A stretch of DNA of 64,000 nt, taken from the NCBI GenBank assembly GCA_002633005.1, contig NMRA01000630.1, forward strand, positions 130,331 to 194,330, read 5' to 3'. The notes under the pieces are model-generated. The model saw only the letters and a list, made by a program, of their open reading frames with translations. It searched no databases and was not told where the DNA came from. The DNA comes from Phoronis australis. Lineage: Eukaryota > Animalia > Phoronida. This document shows, piece after piece, positions 1 to 11,900 of the stretch (positions are counted from its first letter, which is position 1; each line of letters starts with the position of its first letter). Both the position numbers and the translations under genes were made by a program.

Positions 1-79
1 CTGAACGGGAGGCTGGACAAATGTTGGAGTTTTGTTTTTCGTTAAGTTAGTATCCAATGCGGGCTACGGTATGGTTGCT

Positions 80-176
80 AACAAGATTCACCACGGCACC
101 ATGTCACACTATCGGTGCCAGCAAGACTCACCACAGCACCATGTCACACTATCAGTGGCAACAAGACTCACCCCAT
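80..176. repeat. short tandem repeat, ~39-bp unit x ~2.4
   Basis: AACAAGA(T/C)TCACCAC(G/A)GCACCATGTCACACTATC repeated head-to-tail. Confidence 0.7.
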
Positions 177-1670
177 CACATGCTCTAAACATCTTTTTAA
201 CAATTGTAATCATATTAAATTAGTGAATGATCATTACCAGATTACTTCAAAACAAAATGAATTTACTAAAGGGTTACAATAGAAACTTAAACTTTATTGC
301 GAATCTATGATGATTTTGTTCTTTGTTGTGAAAACTAAAAGTTTAGACAATAGTGAATGTTGTGTTAATGCTTTGATACATTGTATCATTCATGACTTAA
401 AGTTGGGAATGAAATGTCTCTTAGATTTTTGGTTTTTGTATTGTGATCTGGGGTCCATCTGATTACATTCTAATTTATCTGTTTTGTATGTCCCCGGGTT
501 TGGTTTTAGTCATGGTGTAGACATTATGAATTGTTTTGCTTACTTTGCACCACACAATTGCCAGAGTGAAATTCTGTTTTGTTAAATATCTCCACAGAAA
601 TAAATATTATGGACATTTTAATGGTGGCGTGGATTGCAGTGAATAGATTCTTTTAACGACGTTGACTAAAACTCACATTATTTCCAATAAGGTAATCAGC
701 CACTGAAAAATGGAAAACGCCATCATTTTGGCGAATATTTTGTGCGAGGGGTGGGGGGAGAATTATCTTATTTAAGCTTCTGTTTACTCACTATTGGAAG
801 AGCTCACCTGAATGGTGGTGACCTGAATGGTGGTAACCTGACGAGGATTAACTAAATGTCAGCTTTCATTATTCATTGTCCAGGGCAGTTATGATTCATA
901 GTCAAATATTTCTGCTACTCTGGCAGTGTCAGTTAAAGTTTGGACTTGAAAAGGATGGTTGACATTTTCTGGTTTATGGTGTGGTAAGATTAAAACTTAA
1001 TATTTTTTTCTAAATTATAATGTGAAAAGGTTATTGTCAATGTATTTAGGGTTGATGAGCAGGTTTCAATCCCATGTTGTTTAGTATTTGTCCCATACAG
1101 CTGATCTTGTTAGCAGAGATATTGCAAAAATTTTCTTCTTATATTCGGCATTTAGAAACTGTGCAGCGAGTGCACAATTTTAAGCTATTATTTGTTTACT
1201 GTTGACCTCAAATTGCATTTATTTGAATAAAAACAGTCTGATCGATACAATCGGACTCAAAAACATGTAACAAAGATCCACTTTTCAAACAGAGAGGTAT
1301 AGGCAGCACCTCTAATCATTCGATTTACTAACATTTACTTCATTTTATGGCTGTTTTCGACTCATTTTAGTTTATTCTGTCCATTTTCAAGCTTGAATTC
1401 ACCAGTCAGTGCTATCTTATTTAACCTTGTCTTCTGTACACAATGTGAAACCCATGAATGTAAGAAACTGCTAGTCTAAGGTATTTACTCATGTACCAAT
1501 AGATACTGCAAGTGGATAAATGTATTTGTATAGTGCATTCGACTTGTTGCAACTGTGTTTGAATTTTGAATATAACCGTCCAGACTTTGGTGAAAGTTTG
1601 AACTGAACATAACTGATTAGAAAATGCCCCGCAGACGTGGGAGGTGAAGAAATACGGATGCCTCGTGTCA

Positions 1671-2578
1671 TTTGGCACTGACTTGGGAGGTGACCCCTTG
1701 TGTCATCTGGCAATGACTTGTACCCTAGTTATTCAATTATTTCGAACAACAATTTTTCAAAAACCGTCTGTGAGGTTGTGCACCAATGGTGAAAGGTTTC
1801 TGAATATTGACATACTACTAAAATAGAATTTAATAAAAAATATGAATTTTCAAAAACTAGAAAGCCTGGATAATTTGATTTTTGCCATAATGTGCCATTG
1901 AATCACATGAATGTCATCCCTTTCCAGCAAAATTTAGCAAAAACAAAACACAATTATCAGCAAAGCAATAGCATCAATAACATGATCAAAGTTCTTTGAC
2001 ATCAATGTTCAATATGATATCTCAAAAGGCCTGTGACAGTTTTTTGAGTTATTATTGCGTTGTTGTTTCATTCATCATNGGGGGTAATGCGTCGTTGGAA
2101 TCATGGACGCCCTGGAATATTGGGAACCCATTTTGGACACCCTATGTTCGAAATCCTGGATGAAGCCCTGTTTGGCACTGACTTGGGAGGTGACCCCTTG
2201 TATCATCTGGCAATGACTTGTACCCTAGTTATTCAATTATTTCGAACAACAATTTTTCAAAAACCGTCTGTGAAGTTGTGCACCAATGGTGAAAGGTTTC
2301 TGAATATTGACATACTACTAAAATAGAATTTAATAAAAAATATGAATTTTCAAAAACTAGAAAGCCTGGATAATTTGATTTTTGCCATAATGTGCCATTG
2401 AATCACATGAATGTCATCCCTTTCCAGCAAAATTTAGCAAAAACAAAACACAATTATCAGCAAAGCAATAGCATCAATAACATGATCAAAGTTCTTTGAC
2501 ATCAATGTTCAATATGATATCTCAAAAGGCCTGTGACAGTTTTTTGAGTTATTATTGCGTTGTTGTTTCATTCATCAT
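1671..2578. repeat. ~408-bp direct duplication (1671-2078 and 2171-2578), probable uncollapsed haplotypes
   Basis: Copies nearly identical (two substitutions noticed); single N at 2079 marks a contig join; 2080-2170 ends in AAATCCTGGATGAAGCCCTG, a terminus like the MITE ends elsewhere in the window. Confidence 0.85.
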
Positions 2579-2988
2579 TTTATTTCGTTATGAAGGTAGT
2601 AAAAGTCCCGTTAATAATACTGCTCATGTACAAGTTGTGGATGAATGTTTTAACAGTTCGAAAATGTTATAACCTCGCCGAACAACCACTTGGTTGACGC
2701 CCAGTTTGCTCTTAGTGTACATACACAACTGGTCCCGAGTTTACATTAGTTGCTCACCACTCACTTCTCTAAGGTGTACTTTTCTCATGCAACAAGACTT
2801 GTCTTAGAAATCCACCTCAGTATGTGACAGGACATTATTTTCATCCTACTCAATGGTATCCTATTTTTAATTTTCCCAAGTTTCCATTTTAGGAAACATA
2901 TTTGTATGACATGGTAAAAATTTTTGGCTGCCCTGTAGAAGTTTCTTAACTTTTGCTCTAATAATAACTATGTGCGCCCTTTAGGGGT

Positions 2989-3002
2989 GTTTCCATGGCA
3001 AC
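2989..3002. promoter_or_regulatory. RFX X-box-like palindrome GTTTCCATGGCAAC
   Basis: Matches the RFX consensus GTHNYY-AT-RRNAAC; function not shown. Confidence 0.3.
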
Positions 3003-4439
3003 ATGTGCGTCATTGCTCATTAATAAATATCCTGAATATCATTAAACATATAATCGTTGACTTGTACTTGGAAAAAATAAAAATTATACTGATAAGTGTA
3101 CCATCATGCTCTTATCATGTCAGTGTTGAAATAAAGGGATAACGAAATAATTATCATGTTATAATAGAAATAATTATCATGTTATCAACAGTTTTTTAAT
3201 TAGACATTTCCTTGTCACTAAGGGGAGAATGTACGTGTGCATGTTGTTGGCAGCATCTTGTATGTCAGATCTACACAGTGTATGTGTGTTTAACTATGTG
3301 CGCGTGTGCATATATCTGTTTGTGTACGGATGTATTTCTATGTATGAAAGAAGGTATGTTTGTGTTATGTACCTTTGTATGTTTTCAATGACATTTTTTA
3401 TGTTTGTCAAATTCCAAAATATCCCCACAACTGTTAGGCAAACAGTTTTTCAGTCTACATACACTGGAAGGAAGAAATTTTGACTGAAAAATAGCTTTGT
3501 TTAGAAATAAGCCCTCCCTGACATGTTTACAGTGGCTAACAGGTATTTGAGTACTGTGATTGTTTCTTAGACAGATTTATTGTAGCAGCTTATGTTTAAT
3601 TAAATGTCAAGGCCTGAAGCAGAGACTTGTAATCTTATCTGTAGTTTGCAAGGGAAGCTGCTTAAAATTATGACTTGATGTGTTTGTATAGGCCCTTTCA
3701 TACTAATGTTGACATGTTATTATTAAGTGGAATTTCATTTTGTTTAATTTCCCAATAAAAGGAACTTTTAAATGACATTATTGGCAAGAAGAGTGTATTT
3801 CTTAGATCACCTTCAATACATAATCAAAGTCACAACCCCCATAGTTGGGGGACAACACTTTGATGGTTCCGGTAGTACCATTCTATAGTTTGGCTCAGTA
3901 ATGGTGAACCGCATAAGATGGTGGAATGTTTTAAGCCTATTTTAACTGATAAACTCACCAGCCTTGATTTCAGTGAATGTCTGACTGACCTCTGGTGAGA
4001 TCTGTAGATTTGTGATTAATCAAAAACACAATAAAAGGATTTTGTTTTGGTGCATAATATTTGTATTTAAAAATTAATGAAAAGATCTGGGAAATCCCAC
4101 TGCACTAAATTCAGGTGCAAATAGGCAGAATGCTGTCAATCAATTACTCTCGTAAACAGGAGTTGTTTCCTAACTACACTGCTGTTTTGTATTGACAATG
4201 CTTGTGTCTCACAGTAAATTTCAGCGCCAATACTTCAAAACATGGAGGACTACACAATAGTGTAAACTTAGGTCTCACAGTCTCACAGAGACAGTCCATA
4301 ACTGAATATTATCATTGATTGTGCCATTAGGAAATTTAGTGGACATTTTGGCTCCTTTAAATTGGGAGTTCCAGCTGAGTCTTTCTGAGCTCAATTAGGC
4401 AGTGAAATGTATGGATTACATGAACCAAGCGTTACATGG

Positions 4440-5376
4440 TCTAAGACCTCGAACTGGTAACTTGCTAACAACATGGGTAGTATTCATCTTGAACTAATAT
4501 GGTAGAAAAAACACTTTGACAGATTGCTTGATTTAACTGGACGTTGCTTGCACACAGCCAAGGTCCACCATCTAATGCACTTCTTCTTGATGCGAAGATT
4601 TCTTTGCAGCATGTGTTTCAGGCTCTGCTTTTGGCGATGATAGGTTTTATTTTTTCCTTGCGCCACAGATTTAAGCAACTTGTAGGAGTGTTTTTTCATA
4701 TTTTGGGCATTCCCATCGAACTTTACTTCTTCAATATGATCAGAAATTGACGGAAGTAGAGCCAGTTTCTTCTTAATCAATGGTGTCACAATAGTACCTT
4801 TACTCAGTAAGTGCTGTTGACACTGAGGTGAACCTCTAAGTTTCTCCACAATTCGTGCTCGTTTGATTGGAGCGCTAGGAAGATTGGATGTAGCACGTTT
4901 GATGACTCTCCATTCTGCTGTACGAGACATTGAGCTTCTTGATTGTTCAGGTGTTTTGTTATCTTTGGTGGCACCTGTTTTCTGAAGCTTAATCCGAAGT
5001 CTCCACATTTGGGTTCGTTTCACAGCCTCTCTCTTTTTTTGGCTTTTGCACTCTCGCAGTCCTTCCTGACATTTCTCTTTTCTTTCCCCGTCAGCCGATT
5101 CTTTCTTCCAGTCTTTTTTCTTGCTTTAGTCACTAAGGTGACACTTTCCCGCTCTTTTCTGTTTGCTCTGTATTCCCTCTGCCGCTCTGTGAATTTCTTG
5201 GTCAGTTCTGACCGGTCTACTGTCTTTACCAATTCCTTATAGTCCCTCCTCTTCCGTTCTCTGTCCTTTTGCTTATATGTTGCATATTTCTTTTTGTTTT
5301 TCTGTAAATTTGCCCTGTACATCCTAATTTTCTCTCTCTTCCTTTCTCGCTCCATGTCTTGTTTGGTGTCAGCCAT
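4440..5376 (-). pseudogene. frameshifted Lys/Arg-rich ORF, probable decayed DNA-transposon protein N-terminus
   Basis: Overlapping ORFs 5020-5376 and 4484-5023 join by a frameshift; basic coiled-coil stretch, then LPSAPIKR and FFY..SSR*ILP motifs reminiscent of invertebrate transposon proteins; no splice structure. Confidence 0.45.
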
Positions 5377-5556
5377 TGCATCAGTTAATCTGTGGAGAGA
5401 TTGCTTTTTGCATATCTGAAGTTCTCATGGCAGGAAATGTAATATTCTTAATAATGAACTGATAGAGTAATTGTGACAAAGTGCTACAACACTGGACATA
5501 CAGCGTCATCTACACTTAGCTAAGAAATACAGAATAGACATACAACACATTCTCAT

Positions 5557-6070
5557 GTGTGTATTCTCCGTAGCCTAGGACATAACATGCTAAAGAACCT
5601 ACCTCTGTAATTCAGATGAGGTTGTATATGGTAACTAGTTAATTTTGAATTTCACCTCATAAAATTCAGAGAATTTTCAGATTATTTCAAATTTTGACCC
5701 ACAGAATAGAAAGAAAAAGTTGAAAGGTAATTTTTAGCTAAACTTGCCTCACATCCCACACGTCAATAAAAATGCAATTTTTCTTGTGTTGGAGAGTTTA
5801 TTTGTCTCTATTTCATCAGTAAATGCACTTAGATACAAGTTTTTTCAAACCGTGTTCAAACAATTCAAAGTTACAAATTGGGGGCTACGGAGAATACAGG
5901 GGCTATGGAGAATACGAAAGACATTTTTACTTGTGATCAATTCAAATCAAGGGCTGAGTCTAATATTTTTGTGGGCCACAGACAGCTTCAAGATTCCCAA
6001 TTTGCATTATCAAATATCTTTCATTAATGGAATTCAGACAGGGCTACGGAGAATACACAGTTTTTCTTAG
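5557..6070. mobile_element. MITE-like element with GGCTACGGAGAATAC sub-terminal repeats
   Basis: GTGTATTCTCCGTAGCC near 5560 is inverted relative to GGCTA(C/T)GGAGAATAC copies near 5883, 5901 and 6042. Confidence 0.45.
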
Positions 6071-6739
6071 GTGGCGCCTGGCGGTGATATTATTTGGTTG
6101 AGGAATCCAATCATTAGGACATCTGGTACAAATATGTGGTTTCTAAATCAAATTCTATATACCACCAACCATTAAAAAGCACAGTTCAAAACACTAGTAA
6201 TGCTTTTCTTTTTCAGCCATGGCTGTAAGAGAATGAACACATGCACATTTAAGTGTTTTGCATAACATTGACATCATTTTGCAAATTTGTCTGAAAATTG
6301 TGTTTGACTATTCAGATACCTGCAATCACCTGATGAAAAACCAGAAATACATGTTAAGTTCATGATAAAACATTAAATTTCAATTAAGTGTGTGATTTAA
6401 TTAAATGCCATGTGTATTGAAAACATGCAATATTTCAGTGAAACAAAATACCGATGTATTTCTGGCTATATTCGCCTATAGATATTAAGGATTACTCTAA
6501 CCATGGTTAACATTGTTTTGTACTTTAAAAAGTGTAGATTTCATAAATACTATTGCTAAAACTAGATCATCATACAAATATCTGCCAGATGTGAAGGAAT
6601 TTTGTCAATATGATTGCATAACATAAAAAAATAAATTTGCACCCTGAGTGAAAAAATGCCGTAATGAAATTGTTTGCCAGAACAAAATTTTGCCTACTGC
6701 CCAAAAACGATTTCAAGAAGAAGGTTATAACTTTCGAAG

Positions 6740-7180
6740 TGATCACTGGAAAAAAATATTCATTGTCTTTTAAAACTACTTATGATTTTAAGTTATGTAC
6801 ACTGGAGTTTAAACTATTACATAGAATACTTGTAACGAACTCTTTTCTTAAAAAAATTAACCTGCTGGACTCTGATGTATGTACTTTCTGCCATTCACAA
6901 AGTGAAACAGTGGATCACATACTTTTTTCGAATGCAATAATATAAAACTATTGATGGGAGAATGACGCAGTTGGGTGTTGTTGGTAAAAGGTATAAAAAT
7001 GGTTATTGGCAAAAAACAATGATTTTGGCATGCCCATAAGTAATGAAAATAAAATTTTAAATTGGATACTTTTGCAATTACGACATTTTCTGTTCTGTAT
7101 ACCGATACTTTTGCAATTAAAACATTTTCTGTTCTGTATACCAAATAAAAATAAAAATAAAAAAATATATGGTAATGTTA
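6740..7180 (+). mobile_element. 5'-truncated LINE (L1/Tx1-like) ORF2 C-terminal zinc-knuckle fragment
   Basis: FKLLHRILVTNSFLKKINLLDSDVCTFCHSQSETVDHILF fits the zf-RVT pattern (C-x2-C...ET..H.F..C); frameshifts follow. Confidence 0.75.
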
Positions 7181-8992
7181 ACAAGTAATGTCGAGGACTT
7201 TCATTTTATACTTTTAATAAAAAGAAGGATTTTACAAGGATCATTTTTAGGAAAACATGGCTGCATGTCTGTGTTAACCCACTGTATATCTAAACTGGAG
7301 GTACCAATTTGGAGGTGTTATGGGTCCCTTTAGTATTTTCTGCCTTTCTTTGATTTGATTTTTGTGGGGGGTTCTACTTTTTAAAAATATGTGTGATTTT
7401 TGCATGTTATCTCGGTATGTTGCGCTGTATTTCAGCTTTTGATGAAAGATCTATTAATTTGACAATCGGGATTATGCAATATCATAATAATTTAGACCCC
7501 ATATCATTAAAACATTGCCATTAGTCTTTATCAGCAGCTCTTCGTTGTAGTTGGGTTGGAATCTGAATACTGGTACAATGTGTATTGTTCATGGTGTGTA
7601 GTCGCCATACAATTTTAGTGCGCTTGTTGGCGTGAATTAACAGTACGTCACATTGGGTCCATACAACTTTTGACTCACTGTAAGTGACGCACAGTGCTTC
7701 CTCTTCCCTGGTTTCTTGAATAGGTCTTGAAAAGTATCCATAATCTTTAGACACCATATTCCACAATGGGTAATGATAATTTTTCATGATCATTTTAGAT
7801 CGTCCCGTATACCAATTTTTGAGTGTTGCCAAACTTGTGTAAAATAATTCCTTCAAATGATAAGATTATTCACTTTTCTCATTCTTTGTGGAATACCCCC
7901 TCCAACTAGTGTAGTCTGTAGTCTGCTAAGGAGAGTGCCCCCCAACTACCAAAGTGAATAAAGCCCTCCCCCCAACAATCATAGTGAGTGAACATTGTTT
8001 GAACAGCACCAGCTGTTAATGTGTTTCCCCATTATGACATCTTTTGTACAGGAAGTCTAACATAACACAAGACCTGAGTTAGCCATAGCAGTGAATGAGG
8101 GCCAAGGGGTTTATAGTCAATTTATGGCCAGTACAAACAAACATAGAAAAAAGACCTGAACCCTGAACACAATCCCAACTCAGTTGGTCTGTATTCTAAC
8201 ATAACATGACGTGACCAACGTCCGTTATTTTAAAACCCGCAACTTTTGGATTGCCTTCACCTATGTTGGATGATATTGAAGTCTACTTTTAATTATGTGG
8301 TGGAAGTAGACATGGGGCGGCTGCGGTTTTGTCTATTCATTGTATTATCGCTGTTATCTGGGAAAGGCTTACAGAGTTGATATTGAGCTTAGTTTCTCAG
8401 TCTATCTCAAGTTGTTGGTTGGTTGCATGTCTTTTTGTCAGTGCCGTGTATACAGAAGTTGAGGTAAGTTGTGTAGGCCTATGCTGAAGATAACCAAATA
8501 GTTCAGTTCTTACGATTAGAGTCTCCATCACTTCTTAGGAATAATTTCTTTCCCATCCACAAAATTTATTGGCTGGCTTTAGCTAATGGCCTTATCTCTT
8601 CATAATGGTTTTCATAGGTGGCAAGTCTCTGCCAACAGTAACAAGCCTTTATACTGTAGTTATTTGTCAGGAAAGATTACTGAATCTTCCACTTTGTTGT
8701 CTATGACCTTTGAACTTGTAATATTAATAACTTACAGTCTGTACTAGTAATTAACTTTTTCTTCAGCTCTACTGTCTTCTCAGTTGAGCTTTGTTTTACA
8801 AAATTTTTTAACACCGGCTTAAATAAGACTAATCTTTATCTAGTGTGTTCAAGAATGAAAACATAGTCAACTCAACCCACTTTCTCACTTATTTCAAACC
8901 ATTGTCAAAAAGTCGTATTTGTAACTGTTGTTGTATTATTGCATTTCACTTTTCATTTCAGATGATTAATTAGGCGTTCATAACTCTCAACC

Positions 8993-11900
8993 ATGGACCA
9001 GTCTGTGTGCGGAGTTGGCTCTGCTGCAAGTAAGTAAAACATCGCTGCCTGTGGTCATAAGTTACACTATGTATTGCTTAATGCATGGAATATATGGTTG
9101 GCAAATGATGTCAATTGATGATATGCATTACATGAATTTCTCTAATTTCTCGTTGGCGTACAAAGTGTTGGTTTGTTAGTCCAGACAATGGATTACTATT
9201 GTGCTCCACGTTTTATTACCGTAAATTATTAAATCATTGAAGACAAGAAGGCGACATTGTAATAAACACAACACTGGAATTTACAAAAGTTTGTGCTTTA
9301 CTGTAATTTATTGACTGATAAAAGTCATTTTGTGTTCCGAATGGATGACAACAAAAGAATTATTGTTTTAAGTTTAACTGAATTAATGTTTTATTGTGAT
9401 AAATTCTTTTTCCTTTGTAGAAGACAGCACTGTAAAGCGTGAGAGGCCGGGGTATACATCAGCCACACAGGCACTGAATGCTTACATTGATGAGTTCTCG
9501 GGGTCACAACCAAAGGTCAGGAAATACTACAGAGACGTTAGCGATCTTCTTACACCAAGATCAGCGCTGGAGTTGACTGTGGAGAGGTTGGAGTAATGTT
9601 TTAAAGCTTTTATCAACCCGTGTTGTTAAAAAGTTTCAAGTTTTGATTTTGCTCACATATGGCAGTCTGATCTTAATCCTTGCCCTAATTGAATGTAGTA
9701 TTGTTTCATTATAATGTTGAGAACAGAATCAATAAATTGATTCAAGTCAACTGGTTCGAGTCACATGGACTCCTTTCATTAAACCATTTAGTCTTAACTT
9801 AATAAACTGAATTAACACTGCTGCCATTCTATCACGTGTCACGTTGTGCTCGCTGAACAATGCTGTTGACGTCATGACAACGATCAAACTACGAGACTTT
9901 CATGAAATAGAGACCTCGTCTTTTTATTGTGATCTGAGTGTAGTCTCCAACAACGATGATGTGTCATTTCTTCTTTAACTCTAAAATGACTTCGTATCTT
10001 AGCACGGAATCAAATGAACCACTCTCAAAATTGAAGGTGGTCTAAATCAACATTTTTTTGGAAAAAGTAACATTTGGGAGCGGAAACGAATCAGGTACCC
10101 TGGTGATCACAGTCAAACACTCTGTGTAATGTATGATGGGCCTGAATCCCACCCGGTTAATGGCGGAGTATTTTAAGCGTTTTTGTCTGGTGAAATAACT
10201 GAGTTTGATTTCAGTAGATGTCTGACTGAATGTCGGCTGTTCAACTTTTTAGTTCAAAAATAGAATGTATTAAAGGGTTTTACAACCGATTTGAAATTTT
10301 ATTTGAGTAATGTGATAAAGCCACATGATAAACTTTCTAGATTTGTGCCAAGACACACAGCAATGACCTGTTGATGTCGCAGCGTAATGTTAACACCTTT
10401 GCCTGCCATCTAGTGTCAGGTAGAAGAACTAAAAGGGCTGTCATGTAACGGAACTAGTCTAGCCAAATGGATGCAGAATAAACAAATTGTTGTGGCATGC
10501 TCCTTTAGATGACATGATTGAGTTATTTGACCTCAGTTAATGGTACTATCACAGGGAGCTCTATATTGCATGTTTGCTATCTTATTTTTCCGTGTTCCAG
10601 GTCGCTACAAACAGATGTGCGTGACACTCCTCAAGAGGCACGTCTGTACAAGATACGTCAGATGGTGGACCGAGCCTACAAGCAAGTGTTAGCAGACGAA
10701 CAGCACAGGAGTGAAGGTGAGGTGCCACCTGGTAGCCTTCGTACAAACCATGGTTGTAAGACGCAGTGTCAAGGGTGATACTTTGGTTGTGACACTTGAG
10801 GTGCAAATGGAGAGAGAATTTTAAGCTCAGATTGTTGTCGGGTTGAAAATAGCAGTGATCGGGTGGACAGTGTTTGGCCAATCCGACTCTGTCTCCCTCC
10901 ATATAATGTTTATCTACCTGTAGGCTTATAATGAGAGAATTCAAATCTGTTGACTATTTCAACCACTAAAATTTGTAGAACTCCATTGCTGAAACTTTTG
11001 GTGTATTTCCGAAAGTAAGTAAACAAAAATGCCATCTATTGGAGAATCATAAAACTGGTCAATCGGCTGTGCTGTTAAGTGTTTTCTTTGTTACAGATGC
11101 AAGTGAATGACGTTTTGTTTCATTGGCAGTAACGAACACTGTGTAATACATCAACTGTACCTCGTACTCGAAAAAAAATGTTCGGGTGGTCGGGCATTTT
11201 GTATTTGAATGTGATGTATGTTTCATGATAAAATGACTGATAACAGAGTCTTGGCAATTAAGAAATGAGTTTTGCAAATCTTCCCGTTTTTATCCAAAGC
11301 CATTCCAAGCTGAATTTTGACACTCTGCACTGTGCGACCAAACAATACTGAACCTCTGCTTCTACCTCTTAACTGACTGCCTCCCCCCATTGATGAACCA
11401 TCAGGATTATTTTATTTACAACTATTGATTTGGACAACTTACCATTTATTGATCTCGGATTGTTCCAAACTGGAGATTAGTTGAAGACTTTGAAAGAATT
11501 GCTTTAGAGCGGACTCTTGCAAGTTGTCAATACGTGTCATTTTATGTGCCCATCATGGTTTCATTGAGTAACGAAGATGATGCAGTCAGTTTATGTAAAT
11601 GTGATCTTAATCAAAAGTTAGCTACACGTACCAGTGAATTGAGCGCCAGCTAATACTGGCTTTCATGCTGCCTGCCCAGCGTTCCACTGCATACCACTAG
11701 ACAGTCAAGCTGGGTTGGCATGCTCATAAAAAATCGTTGAAAAGTGGAAGTATTTTATGAGTCCTTTGAATTTGAAATTAAAGAATTTTTTAACTGTAGT
11801 TTAATACAATGCTTCATTTCAGTGAAGACTGCCCTGCAGCAGTCGTCACGCCTGCTGAGAGAGATATCCTCTGACGAGATGACCAGTGTTCACAGCTCTA

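Noticed and set aside
7521-7856. 111-aa minus-strand ORF
   Set aside because: No recognisable motif or splice context
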